From contig OZ249436.1 of the NCBI GenBank assembly GCA_965235115.1, positions 49,850,001 through 49,914,000 of the forward strand: a stretch of DNA of 64,000 bases. Reading direction: 5' to 3'. Made by a program: the position numbers and the translations under genes. The stretch comes from Laetmonice hystrix. Taxonomy: Eukaryota. The stretch's first letter is position 1, and every line of letters starts with the position of its first letter. This document shows positions 52,746 through 64,000 of this stretch, piece by piece. A model generated the notes under the pieces. It worked only from the letters and a program-made list of their open reading frames with translations, was not told the origin of the DNA and ran no database searches.

Positions 52746-55175
52746 AACATAGCCATGGCTTTTGCCATTGACGTTTTATAGCAACACCGATACCTATCCC
52801 GACGTGCAGCCGCAGGTCTATTCGCTGCAATATGCACAACTCTTTATGATATCAACATTTTAAGGATCGAAGTGACACTGTCACTTCCACCCTGGTGGAA
52901 CATAATGGTGCCTTATCCCTCTCGTTCCTGTCGGACCGACTCTCTCTTTATGCATGTACCATAACAGAGTAGCGTATTTAACATCTGAACACTGAAATAG
53001 TGTCTTGGGAACCCGTTATAACTATACATCGTTATAACATTCATCGTTAATGTTATACTTGGTGGTGGGGGGCGTCGGTCAGTACGCTGGTGGCACACTG
53101 GGTGGGATACTGCGATGGTTGCTGGCACGCGCCATGTGTGATCCGTCGTCTGCCGTACCTCACACTCTGCGAGCGTGGCAGCGTCCAAAACTGAACACGT
53201 GCCGTGTTCCTGACTACGCGACTGCAGCGTCATCTTGCGGCAAAACAACACACACAGGCACGAGGCGATTGCGATGGACGGGAGGAGTGAGAATAGAACA
53301 CTGCCGGCCACGGGAGACTGGGAATGGACAGGCGAGCAGCATCAATGTTCGAGAGCACGGAATGGCTGGAACCGATGGCCGTGAAGATGTCGAGGTTGCC
53401 GCTATAGCTCTGTGGAGGATATTGCCGGTAAGGGACACTCTGGGCTATTGGTCGGGGCTCTGTATAGGAAGGCGTTTCACTCTCGACCATCGACCCAAGA
53501 GCCACTGAACGGGTACCATCAGCAGGTCTGCAGAGCCAGCCAGACCTGCAGGCTTGTCAATTGCTCCAGCCTATCTTCGCGGCGTGTGTTGTCCATGCTT
53601 TCTATGTCTATACGTCGTATGCTCGCCGGGCAGTCCCCTGGGGAGTGGTGAATTTGACGCCCAGTAGGCCAAACACACACTCAACACAGGCAACAAGTAT
53701 GTGATCATAAACGCAAGATTCTACGACGATCCGGGGAAAAACTACTAGACACCCTTCAATGGTCACAATGATGGATAGCATTGGACGCCGGGGCCAGGAG
53801 ATTCGCGCGCTCTCACGTCAGCAAACCAGAGTCACTCAAGGAGAGCGACCAAAAGTGGCGAATTTACGGTAGCCTACAGTCGTCTGCTGGTGGCATTGTC
53901 TTGGTGGGATGTCTCCAGATAAAACTGATCACTGGGATATACTCTCGCCAAATGTTTGAAAAAATACCGAGTAAAACAGTTGTTTTATTACACTGAGCGG
54001 AATGCTATGACATAAGGCATGACGCCTCTCCAGCAGTTTGCGAGCAGCATGACCTCGTTGTCAAGGTGAAGGCCGACGCTCGTAATCCCCGCTTTAGGTC
54101 AGCATGTCCGTTGGACGGGAAAGCTGGTGCGGGACACTTACCATGTGTGTAAATTATACTGCAGTCATGTACCATGGACTCCATCGGGGCGTTACCCAAA
54201 AACCTACCAAAGGCACTGGTGTTGGCCTGAGTTGGCCCACAGAAGTCATTGTCTAATCACTGTCTATGCGTGCTGTCACTGTGTAAAATAATAGGATCAC
54301 GCAATTATTGTGTGGTGTTTTGTTTCAGGAAACTACAGGATTGGAACTAAGTCTACCAGTGCACACATAAAATATGACGCACCCAGGCACGGCCGTACGT
54401 TCCGACCTGTCTATAGGCCTACTTGAATCTCGTGTATCATGGTAGAGGCGTCAGCTGGATCCAGCACAAAGCCACGGATCATCACATGGATATTATTGTT
54501 AAGGAGAGGGGAGTGACTACTTTTACGAGCCATTACAACAACACACCGAACACATACAGATAGCGGGTTCCGAATTCTACCGTTTGTAGGCCTACAGTAC
54601 AGGGGATGTCGATTAGCACTGAATTCGTGACCAATAGACGACCAATTCCTGTGTGCCCGTGTGTTGTAGAGCGTGGCCAAGGAGGCGCGGCCCGGTTGAA
54701 GACACCCGCAAAGCGAGGCTGTCATTGGTAACTGAACATCCGAGTAAAGTACATCGGTGGCACAACCTGGGTACGATCTTCAGGCGGACCAGAGGTGTCC
54801 CACGTCTGTCGGCTCCGGAGGCCGGTCACTGGCCATAGTTCGGATAGTAAGCAGGACATTACGTTTTAATCTAGCTCCGGGTCCGACCTGGGAATGGTGA
54901 CACGTGGTTGGTCGTGTTACAGCTGAGCGTTGGGAGGACAGACGGACTGCCCAGTGCGCGAACTGACATACATCTGGAAGACTACGCCACGAGCTGGTTG
55001 CAATTTTTTGGGTCTGTCAAAGACACGCGTGGTTAGGCACTACGTGTACTTATACTTACTGGTATAGGCCTCACCATTACGTGCTGTTGTAGGCCAAATT
55101 AAACATTTTACATCGTGTATAAATGAACATAATTATCGTTATACATTTTTCATCGTATGAGCATTAACCGTATCA

Positions 55176-55867
55176 ATGAAGTCGACAATGAATCGAGTTT
55201 GGTTGAAATTGAAACTCAAACATCGGCTGTTGACGGGCCTGATATGTGGCATCATCCTTACACTGCTGGTCACACAAACGTCACTGATGGCTCTGATCAG
55301 CCACAGGTCGGCGGGAGATAGGTCCGACAGTTCCTGGGTGCAGAACGCTGGGCGCGGCCCAGTCCTAGCTGATGACAGCAGATGGCAAGCAGGAGGAGGA
55401 GGAGGCCACCTGAACATCCTCCGAAAGGATCTTGATTTAAGTAATTACACGGGTGACCGAAGTGACCCTGGCAGTAGAGAGAGCGCCAATAAAAGGGCAT
55501 TGCTGCGAGAGGATGAAACATTGATGGCAATGAGGAACAGACTTCTTGGAGATAACACGTTTAGGACTAGAGATAACCTGGAGAAACTATTTGTAGCAGC
55601 CGCCTTTCTAAAAGATGGTAGGGTGAGTGCAAAATTGGGGCTTGAAGAGTTTCGGAATGTGATGGTACCAAGCAAGGTGGATGATTTTCTCCGAGGAGGT
55701 CTTGCCACGCCTGGAGACATGGCAAGGGTGAAAGCGCTCGATGCCAAAGTGAAGGTGACAGAGGAAGAAATAGCAACATTGATGAAAGCGCCAGGGAATA
55801 GGATATATCATGGAAAACGCCAGGATAGGAGGCACAGAGGGAAGACGTTAAAACTGTACCAAGCAAG
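55176..55867 (+). CDS. First coding exon of a type II single-pass membrane (probably Golgi/secretory-pathway) protein; gene continues beyond a phase-2 intron
   Basis: Longest non-repeat ORF (231 aa). It has a short basic N-tail (RVWLKLKLKHR), one hydrophobic helix (LLTGLICGIILTLLVTQTSLMALI), a Gly/Ser/Asp-rich stem with an NYT sequon, then natural-looking globular sequence. The ORF stop lies inside a canonical donor CAAG|GTAAGA (GT at 55868-55869). A candidate upstream acceptor TTTTGTTTCAG lies at 54318-54328. Confidence 0.8.
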
Positions 55868-57700
55868 GTAAGAGTTGTCTCATTGCTTAACATTACTGAC
55901 CCACATAAAACCTGTCAAGTTGTAGAGGCTAATGTAAACCATAAATAATAGAAGTGTGGCAATAATGTGCCCCAATTTATTGTTCATACCAGAACGTTTT
56001 GTCGCAGTCGGAATTGCACTAGTGACGTATTTATTGCACGTGGAATCTTTTAAATTTTCTGTTCTACAGTAGCCTACATTTTTGCGTGCATGGAAAGTCC
56101 GTGCATGAATAAACCTGGAATCATGTTTATTCATTAAGCGCTGCCATGGTTCCTTGATGTATAGAACTCAAGGTCTATAATTTTCGGGAGGGACGATGTA
56201 CTTTCGTCGAGAAAATCAGTCTATTACAGAGGTCGTTATTACAGAGGTTGTTCAATAATAGGCCCCATGTGTTGAAGTTATTGGCCCTATGATGTAAGCT
56301 GTATAGGTGTGGCAGCCGAAGTGTAGGAGGTAAAGTATAGATGTAAAGTGTCGCAGCTGTTGGGGAATGGTGTCCATTAACCTTGTGTCTCACTCACAGC
56401 CAGCTGTTGGACGATGGCATGGTGATGGAGGTCTAGCTCTGTTGAATTCACCAAATCGAGAGACAGACGGACACAGAAACCTGGCATATGTCATCAAAGG
56501 GACATGTCTGCCAGCATGTGAATGTCTAACACCAATTTGTAGGGACTTGTGCATTTGTATGCATACTTTACACCCCCGGGTGTCCATTGATATTCATTGT
56601 AATAATGTTGGGGTTATACTCAGGGCCCAAGCAAGCCCTAAAGGCACTGTACTGACACGATTAACGAGCTTTACAAGACAGGTGTCAACTTTTACTTTGA
56701 GTATATGTCAAACACCTACAATGAATTTATGAATTTTTAATGTGTAACCAAACTTCGACCAAGTCAACCAAGCAGAAAGTTTGGTTTGGCAAGTTAAGTC
56801 AAGTTCCCTCAATCACCGTCTTTCCTGAAAGTGCCGTAGATGTGTTTGCCAGGGGTTTGGACCGTTTACAGCGCCAAAGCCTCCTCCCAAAGCAAGAATT
56901 TATAGTAGGCTTTAGTTTGAGCATTAGCTCAAAACACTACGCTTATAGTAGTTGGACTGGAGCCCTGGTTTAATCGACCATCCAGCACCAGCCTCAAGTC
57001 GCGAGATGGAGCGCTTAGGACTGGAAAATTATTATTTCTATCCAGGTCGAATCACCCGCACTCCCCTTGAAAAAAGGTGGCTACACTCATGTTTTTCTGA
57101 GTGATAAAGGGGGGAAAATCCACTAAGTAGTCCACCGTAATCCACGGGATTTCTTAAAACATTTTAAAACCTTATTACGATGTTACTGAAAAGTGAGGTC
57201 GCCCTCCTCTGAGGTGTTTTTAGGACCATTTGCAGCTGCCTACAGATCCGGTGGGTGAAAAGGATCAAAATCTATTCACATTTGTTGGGAACATTTTGCG
57301 GTCTCACCCATGCACCCTTCAATCCATTCACTTGTGCCCTTTATTCGATGGCATGGGAAGGCCAATAATACAGGTTACGATTCGTGTTGCAATAGGACAG
57401 ACTTGTGGCCTGTAGACCGGCAGGTGTCACCTGTCTGTCGTTCCAAACACAAGAAGCGACGCCAACGTCTACTTGGCAGGCCGCTGGCGCCTCCAGGAAG
57501 GAATTTTATAATGTCAAGATTGATGAGGTGGTTGTCGTATGTGATTGAAATGGTTCCCGGCAGTGATGACCATGCACATCTTTGCTTGACCTCTAGACAT
57601 AGGTTTCCTTGTAGGTTTTACTTCAAGACAATATTATAAGCCTAAATCGCCCAGAAGATGACAAAATTAACGGGAGATACCACATATTGTAGTTTCCTTG

Positions 57701-57782
57701 GTGGTAGCGGTGGTGGTGGTGGCGGTGGGGGCGGCGGTGGTGGTGGTGGTGGTGGTGGTGTGGGGGGGGGGGGGGGGGGGTT
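57701..57782. repeat. (GGT)n plus poly-G tract
   Basis: GGT/GGC triplets followed by a run of about 19 G; intronic position relative to the 55176 exon. Confidence 0.95.
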
Positions 57783-58978
57783 GAAGGCCGTAGACCACAT
57801 AGGTCGGATGTTGGCCTACACACCGCACGTCAGCGCAACCGAAATGCTTGCCTCCAGTTCGTGACTCCCATCCTTTAACTAAACATCACCATTTTGATGT
57901 TTGACGTAAGACAAATGATTCCATTCAGAAATCTTCATGACACGGAGGCAAAGGATTGTCGTGATGTTTGCTCAGGTAGCTTCACATTTCATGAGTCAAG
58001 CGACATAGTCTGTGTCACGAACATGTGAATCACCCAGCTCAGGTGAGCGCTGAATGGGTACGTGAAATATGACTTGGACAGATTCCCGTGATTCTGCCTG
58101 CACGGTACCGCTGGGATCATGGTGAAGAGGTCCGCCTATAGACGGCACGACAAGGTTATGACTCATAACGTTATTTAATCGCAGTTTCACACGACATACG
58201 TTTCTAAATGTCTCCGGAAGAGAACCAACGTTCCACTGACCAGCGCACGTGGCCACTCGGACTTTGGCCGCAGATTGCGAGATTCCCCAGTGTCTACAAA
58301 GTTCAACCGCTGGAGCATTGTGTGACGTGCCAGTGTGCCTCGCTTCCGCTATTGTTAGGCCTATGTATACACTCTTTAACTTATTGTTATACAGGGACCC
58401 GGGTCGTTACTTTTATTAAATGCCCTTCTCACACGTTGGCGCCACTATGGTGTAACATTATCAATGCATAATGCACTCCTTGCAGAACGCCAACTCGCCC
58501 CCGCGTTGTCATGCAATGTTCACTAGTAATTTAGGTACTAGTATATTTCGGAAGGAGCCAGCTGGACTGTTCAGTCGGGTCAGTCTCACATTAAACAATA
58601 CAGCTTCAAAGGACGTTCTTTCATTATGCCCTGTAGGAGATCATTGTACTTATTGCATTAAAAGATTACGGTCACCCCTCCTACTTGATGCAGAATTGCT
58701 CGTTAAGTAGATTTGGTGAACAAACTCAGAACATGTGAACTTGCAGTCATCAGTCGGTTGTAATATCTACGTAACCTGAAGTATACATGGGAACACACTT
58801 TATTTAAAATTATCGCAGGACATTTATGTTTCAATTCAATAAACGAACCACCGTCACGGCCTCCTCTTGCGTACGACATCGAGCTTTCCTGACGTCCTGC
58901 TGCACCTCACTCCACAACCCTTGGCAATATCTTACCTACCTATACCTACATCCTACCTGGAACTTTGCCGAATATTAC

Positions 58979-60391
58979 CTTATACCTGGGATCATTGGTC
59001 ATGATATTGACCGCTACTTTGTCCTTATACCTGGGAGCATGGGTCATGATATTGACCACTAATTTGTCCTTATACCTGGGATCATTGGTCATGATATTGA
59101 CCGCTACTTTGTCCTTATACCTGGGATCATTGGTCATGATATTGACCGCTACTTTGTCCTTATACCTGGGAGCATGGGTCATGATATTGACCGCTACTTT
59201 GTCCTTATACCTGTGATCATTGGTCATGATATTGACCGGTACTTTGTCCTTATACCTGTGATCATTGGTCATGATATTGACCGGTACTTTGTCGGTATAA
59301 CTTATACCTGTGATCATTGGTCATGATATTGACAGCTACTTCGTCCTTATACCTGGGAACATGGGTCATGATATTGACCGGTACTTTGTCCTTATACCTG
59401 GGATCATTGGTCATGATATTGACCGGTACTTTGTCCTTATACGTGGGATCATTGGTCATGATATTGACCGCTACTTTGTCCTTATAACTGGGAGCATGGG
59501 TCATGATATTGACCGCTACTTTGTCCTTATACCTGGGATCATTGTTCATGATATTGACCGGTACTTTGTCCTTATACTTGGGATCATTGGTCATGATATT
59601 GACTGGTACTTTGTCCTTATACCTGGGATCATTGGTCATGATATTGACCGCTACTTTGTCGGTACCTTATACCTGGGATCACTGGTCATGATATTGACCG
59701 GTACTTTGTCCTTATACCTGGGATCACTGGTCATGATATTGACCGGTACTTTGTCCTTATACCTGGGATCACTGGTCATGATATTGACCGGTACTTTGTC
59801 CTTATACCTGGGATCATTGGTCATGATATTGACCGGTACTTTGTCCTTATGCCTGGGATCACTGGTCATGATATTGACCGCTACTTTGTCCTTATACCTG
59901 GGATCATTGGTCATGATACTTTGTCCTTATACCTGGGATCATTGGTCATGATATTGACCGCTACTTTGTCCTTATGCCTGGGATCACTGGTCATGATATT
60001 GACCGCTACTTTGTCCTTATACCTGGGAGCATGGGTCATGACATTGACCGCTACTTCGTCCTTATACCTGGGATCATTGGTCATGATACTTTGTCCTTAT
60101 ACCTGGGATCATTGGTCATGATATTGACTGCTACTTTGTCCTTATACCTGGGGGCATGGGTCATGACATTGACCGCTACTTCGTCCTTATACCTGGGATC
60201 ATTGGTCATGATACTTTGTCCTTATACCTGGGATCATTGGTCATGATATGGACCGCTACTTTGTCGGTACCTTATACCTGGGATCACTGGTCATGATATT
60301 GACCGGTACTTTGTCCTTATACCTGGGATCATTGGTCATGATATTGACCGGTACTTTGTCCTTATACCTGGGATCATTGGTCATGATATTG
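58979..60391. repeat. 45-bp minisatellite (~31 copies) with 35- and 50-bp variants
   Basis: Unit CTTATACCTGGGATCATTGGTCATGATATTGACCG(C/G)TACTTTGTC. Confidence 0.98.
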
Positions 60392-60790
60392 GGGGAACAA
60401 GCTGGAGGCCAACTTTCTGTCGTAGTCTTGATACAATCCGCGCAGCCTGTGACCGACTTCCGCGAAGACGGCGCGTCATGTATCGCGTATGACGCTTGCA
60501 ATCGCTCTGTGTGGATCTATATGGAAGTTGACAGACTATTGCGTGCGAAGCCAAGCGAGGCGGCGCGTTGGATCGCTCTCGGAGTGATTTCTGGCGCTTG
60601 ACGCGGGACTGCGCAGTAGCAGATATCTAGAACCTATTTTTGGGTGTTTGGTCGCAGGGTCAGTACATTCCTTCACTATAGAATTTGTTTGCAATGGGGT
60701 GTTATATTGTTTCTTTTTTTTAAATGGCAGTTGTTAAATAGACCAGTGCTTCAACCATCGGACTCGAACTTTAACTCGGCTGACATGGTT

Positions 60791-61023
60791 CAGGGGCGGA
60801 TCCAGACCTGTTTCTTGACTGGTTTCGAATAAGGGCGTTCTACAGGGTTCCGGGGTCCGTGGTCCGTGGTCCGTGGTCCGGGGTCCGGGGCCTGGGGTCC
60901 GGGGCCCGGGGCTCGGGGTCCAAGGCCCGGGGCAGAAAATTACTGAAAATCAAGCCTGGAAAAGGTACATTTGATTAAATAATTGGATAAAGACATTCTT
61001 GTTGTTTGGTCCGATCCGCCCTG
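60791..61023. mobile_element. Short hAT-like MITE with an internal 7-bp G-rich repeat
   Basis: Termini CAGGGGCGGATC ... GATCCGCCCTG; internal (GGTCCGT/GGTCCGG)n at ~60853-60932. No 8-bp TSD recognisable. A similar CAGGGGCGGATC end occurs at ~27243. Confidence 0.5.
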
Positions 61024-61494
61024 TTGCTTCCTCGTGTGTTGGGGACAAACCGTTTTAAGCTCAGTTTCCTAGCTACTGGATTGACCTTGCATGACAGAGA
61101 TGTTTTTTTATGTTTCTGAGATGAAGTTAGGAAGGTTAAGAGGACGAATCAGTTGAAACCTTGAAAATGTAGAAACTTCGGATTCTACAATCAGGGGATT
61201 CCGCAAGGACAAAACAATGTAAGTTATAAAAAGAAGTAAATAAATAAATGAATAAATAACCAAACCTTTATTCAATATTAATGCAATCTAATTTAAAATT
61301 ACTTCTGTCCGATTCGGCCGAAGTCAGGAAACATGATAGTGACTGACACGGCCTTGTGCATGGGATCCTTACTTTGGTCAAATTGACTGAACATCTACAC
61401 CCAGATCATGTACGTGGCGACTCGGGTCTTTCTCTCTCCAGTCGTGCGCTTTCGACTCTCATGCAGACAACGGTTTTCTATTCATTCAGTTAAA

Positions 61495-61937
61495 ATAAGT
61501 GTTTGCTGTGTGCACATGTGAATGGCCGATTAGGGACTGAGCTATAAGTGTTAGCTGTGTGCACATGTGAATGCCCGATTAGGGACTGAGCTATAAGTGT
61601 TAGCTGTGTGCACATGTCAGTGCCCGATTACGGACTGAGCTATAAGTGTTAGCTGTGTGCACATGTGAATGCCCGATTAGGGACTGAGCTATAAGTGTTA
61701 GCTGTGTGCACATGTGAATGCCCGATTAGGGACTGAGCTATAAGTGTTAGCTGTGTGCACATGTGAATGCCCGATTAGGGACTGAGCTATAAGTGTTTGC
61801 TGTGTGCACATGTGAATGCCCGATTAGGGACTAAGCTATAAGTGTTAGCTGTGTGCACATGTCGGTGCCCGATTACGGACTGAGCTATAAGTGTTAGCTG
61901 TGTGCACATGTCAGTGCCCGATTACGGACTGAGCTAT
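61495..61937. repeat. 49-bp minisatellite, ~9 copies
   Basis: Unit ATAAGTGTTAGCTGTGTGCACATGTGAATGCCCGATTAGGGACTGAGCT, with a GTCAGTG/TTACGG variant. Confidence 0.97.
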
Positions 61938-62661
61938 GGTCAAATGAAGAAAACACCTTTAGGAAATTGAGTATTGGCCTCCATTGAGTCCTTAACTACC
62001 CGAAAGTCTTCACGGAGCATGCTGGCTATTAAGTTGCTGCATGAAGCAATTATTCTTTTGTTAGAAGTAATGAGTCAATTAACATCGTGAGGATCATTTT
62101 TTGAGGGTGCCTATCCGAGGATTGTAGTTCCGGTTTGGTCGACTCTGTGTGATGGATGAACGTGCAAGCACGCGAGACGCACGGAGAACGCGGGCGTTTT
62201 GACCGATTGCCTCCGCCTTGCCTATATTATCGCCATGTGCGGGCAGAAAATAATTACGTATGTATTCCTATTAGAGCAGACAAAATGCTTTAATGCCCAT
62301 TGTGCCATCCGGCAAGACCTGCTTCATGGCACGGCCTGAGTCTCTAGGATTCCCATCGGCAATTGGTTTATTAATGATGGAAATGTTTCTGATTATGCAT
62401 GGCATCGCCTGACGCCCATCAGTATATTATACAAACGTCTTTTGTGCTCTGCATATGAAAGGTGTGATATGTTCTACAGGATGTGTTGGTGGGTGGAAGA
62501 AGTAGGTACGACATGTTGAAATGAAGGGGACACCTTGAACTGAAAGATCCTTCAGGGTCAGAGGTCATACATTATGCAGTGTCTAGCTAGGTGCAGACGC
62601 AATGAATCATTGCATACCCTTGTGTCAACTTTGCATGTTTTTGTTAGCATAGTCTGGACTA

Positions 62662-63038
62662 CAGAGTGAGTAAAAAAAAACTAGACACTTTTTAAAAGGC
62701 CCATTGTTTTATTGTGTACCAATATATACAATATATGTTTGCTTGTACTTATGCAGCAACTCTTCCTGCATCTTTTGGTATCAGTCATGGTTGATTGGGT
62801 TTCATGCATGACCGCACAGGAGACAATTAAGGGACAAGGGTGGAATCTGACCTGCGCCACCCTTGTCCCTTAATTGTCTCATGTGCGGTCACGGATGAAA
62901 ACCAAACAAGCATGACTGCCACCAGAAGATGCAGGAAGAGTTGCTGCATAAACACAAGCAAAAATATATTGTATATATTGGTACACAATAAAACAATGGG
63001 CCTTTTACAAAGTGTCTAGTTTTTTTTTACTCACTCTG
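62662..63038. mobile_element. Palindromic Tc1/mariner-type MITE with TA TSD
   Basis: TA-CAGAGTGAGTAAAAAAAAACTAGACAC ... GTGTCTAGTTTTTTTTTACTCACTCTG-TA. Arms of about 180 bp pair almost to the centre (AGGGACAAGGGTGG / CCACCCTTGTCCCT) around a loop of about 13 nt. Confidence 0.9.
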
Positions 63039-63101
63039 TATAGGACGTCTGAAGGCAAATATGTTCATGTATTCGTCGCCAAAAAATATATAATAAATCT
63101 G

Positions 63102-63143
<42 letters not shown>
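63102..63143. repeat. (TAAA)n microsatellite, possibly a retroposon tail
   Basis: About 10 TAAA units. Confidence 0.95.
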
Positions 63144-63144
<1 letters not shown>

Positions 63145-64000
63145 GTTTTCAACATGCACTTTCAACACCAAAAATCTGACATGACTTGTCTTCGAAGACA
63201 TGAGTGTTGGTATGCCATCCAGAACTTTTGGACACACATAACGGGACAATGATACTCTCGGCTTAACGTTAGTTTTCGCAGTGATGATTCGTCATCACAC
63301 AATGTAGGAGTTTACAAGCGGAGAATCCGGTTCAGTTATTGAAGGTTTAAGTTTTTGGTACAAATTTCAGCATGGTTTGATTGAAGAGGGAAGTTATCAC
63401 CTGAAAATGTTGTCAGAGGGAAGCGATGGTGTGGGGTGTCTGTGTGGGGGTTGTTCTTATATTGAGTAACGAACTCAATCAGGACAAGCCCAGTTAGTGG
63501 CAGGGGGAGGGGGTGCATTGCGTATGTCTTAATCACACCCAGTCCACAATTACAACTGTGTATTTAAGTGCCGTTTACGGGGACGGCCGTAAAGTGTTAG
63601 AATCGCCTTGCCTGACCTGAATATCGCCTGGCGATACCGGTACAGCTGAAGACATCTTTAAACAATAAACTACAAGAAAATGTAATAATGGAAAATATCG
63701 AACACCCGTTGACGTTGTGTTGACACACGCAAACGCGAAGAGCAGAATCGCACACCATGCAGCACATTCATATGCATCCCCGCCCCATGGACGTGCATGT
63801 GCATGTCGGAGTTTTGGAGGTTGTACTGAAAGGTCGTTTATGCGGCACGACATGACCTCCCCCCCCCCTCCGCGACCTTGGTGTCAAAAACTCCTATATC
63901 AGCAGTTGGACTGCTTTTATGATGGTCTCGGTATACCAAGCTATAGTTAGGACAATTAACCGGCTCTAGGATAATTAACATCAAAGTTGTTTATTACTGA

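Noticed and set aside
52913..53651. Overlapping 130-150 aa ORFs, possibly an RTE-LINE 3' remnant
   Set aside because: GC-rich sequence open in several frames; only vague similarity to RTE C-terminal motifs.
55297..55893. Minus-strand ORFs overlapping the real exon
   Set aside because: Antisense shadows of the coding exon.
57623..57864. Poly-Gly / poly-His-Pro ORFs
   Set aside because: Translations of the (GGT)n/poly-G tract; the nearby acceptor does not continue the 55176 frame.
58946..60601. ORFs up to 213 aa with MTNDPRYKDKV / GHDIDRYFVLIP repeats
   Set aside because: Artefacts of a 45-bp (multiple of 3) unit, open on both strands and broken by 35/50-bp variants.

Overview
Eukaryotic genomic DNA, most likely from an invertebrate animal (inferred from roughly 43% GC by eye, intron-like spacing, MITEs, minisatellites and decayed retroelements). 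It is almost entirely non-coding. The one well-supported gene feature is a first coding exon at 55176-55867 (+). It encodes the N-terminus of a type II membrane, probably secretory-pathway, protein and ends at a canonical AG|GTAAGA donor. I could not locate downstream exons in the window. The rest contains seven 34-73 bp minisatellite arrays (several with higher-order variant structure), microsatellites, intact fold-back MITEs (two with TTAA target duplications and AGG termini, Kolobok-like; one with TA duplication, Tc1/mariner-like), decayed MITEs, a clear LINE reverse-transcriptase fragment, and probable Ty3/gypsy, BEL/Pao and P-element/THAP9-like remnants. The most unusual window-wide signal is strong over-representation and local chaining of three TA-xxx'x'-TA palindromic octamers (TAGGCCTA, TAGATCTA, TACATGTA), which may be DNA-transposon excision footprints. 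No CRISPR array, rRNA or tRNA gene is supported. All family assignments come from by-eye motif recognition, not database searches.
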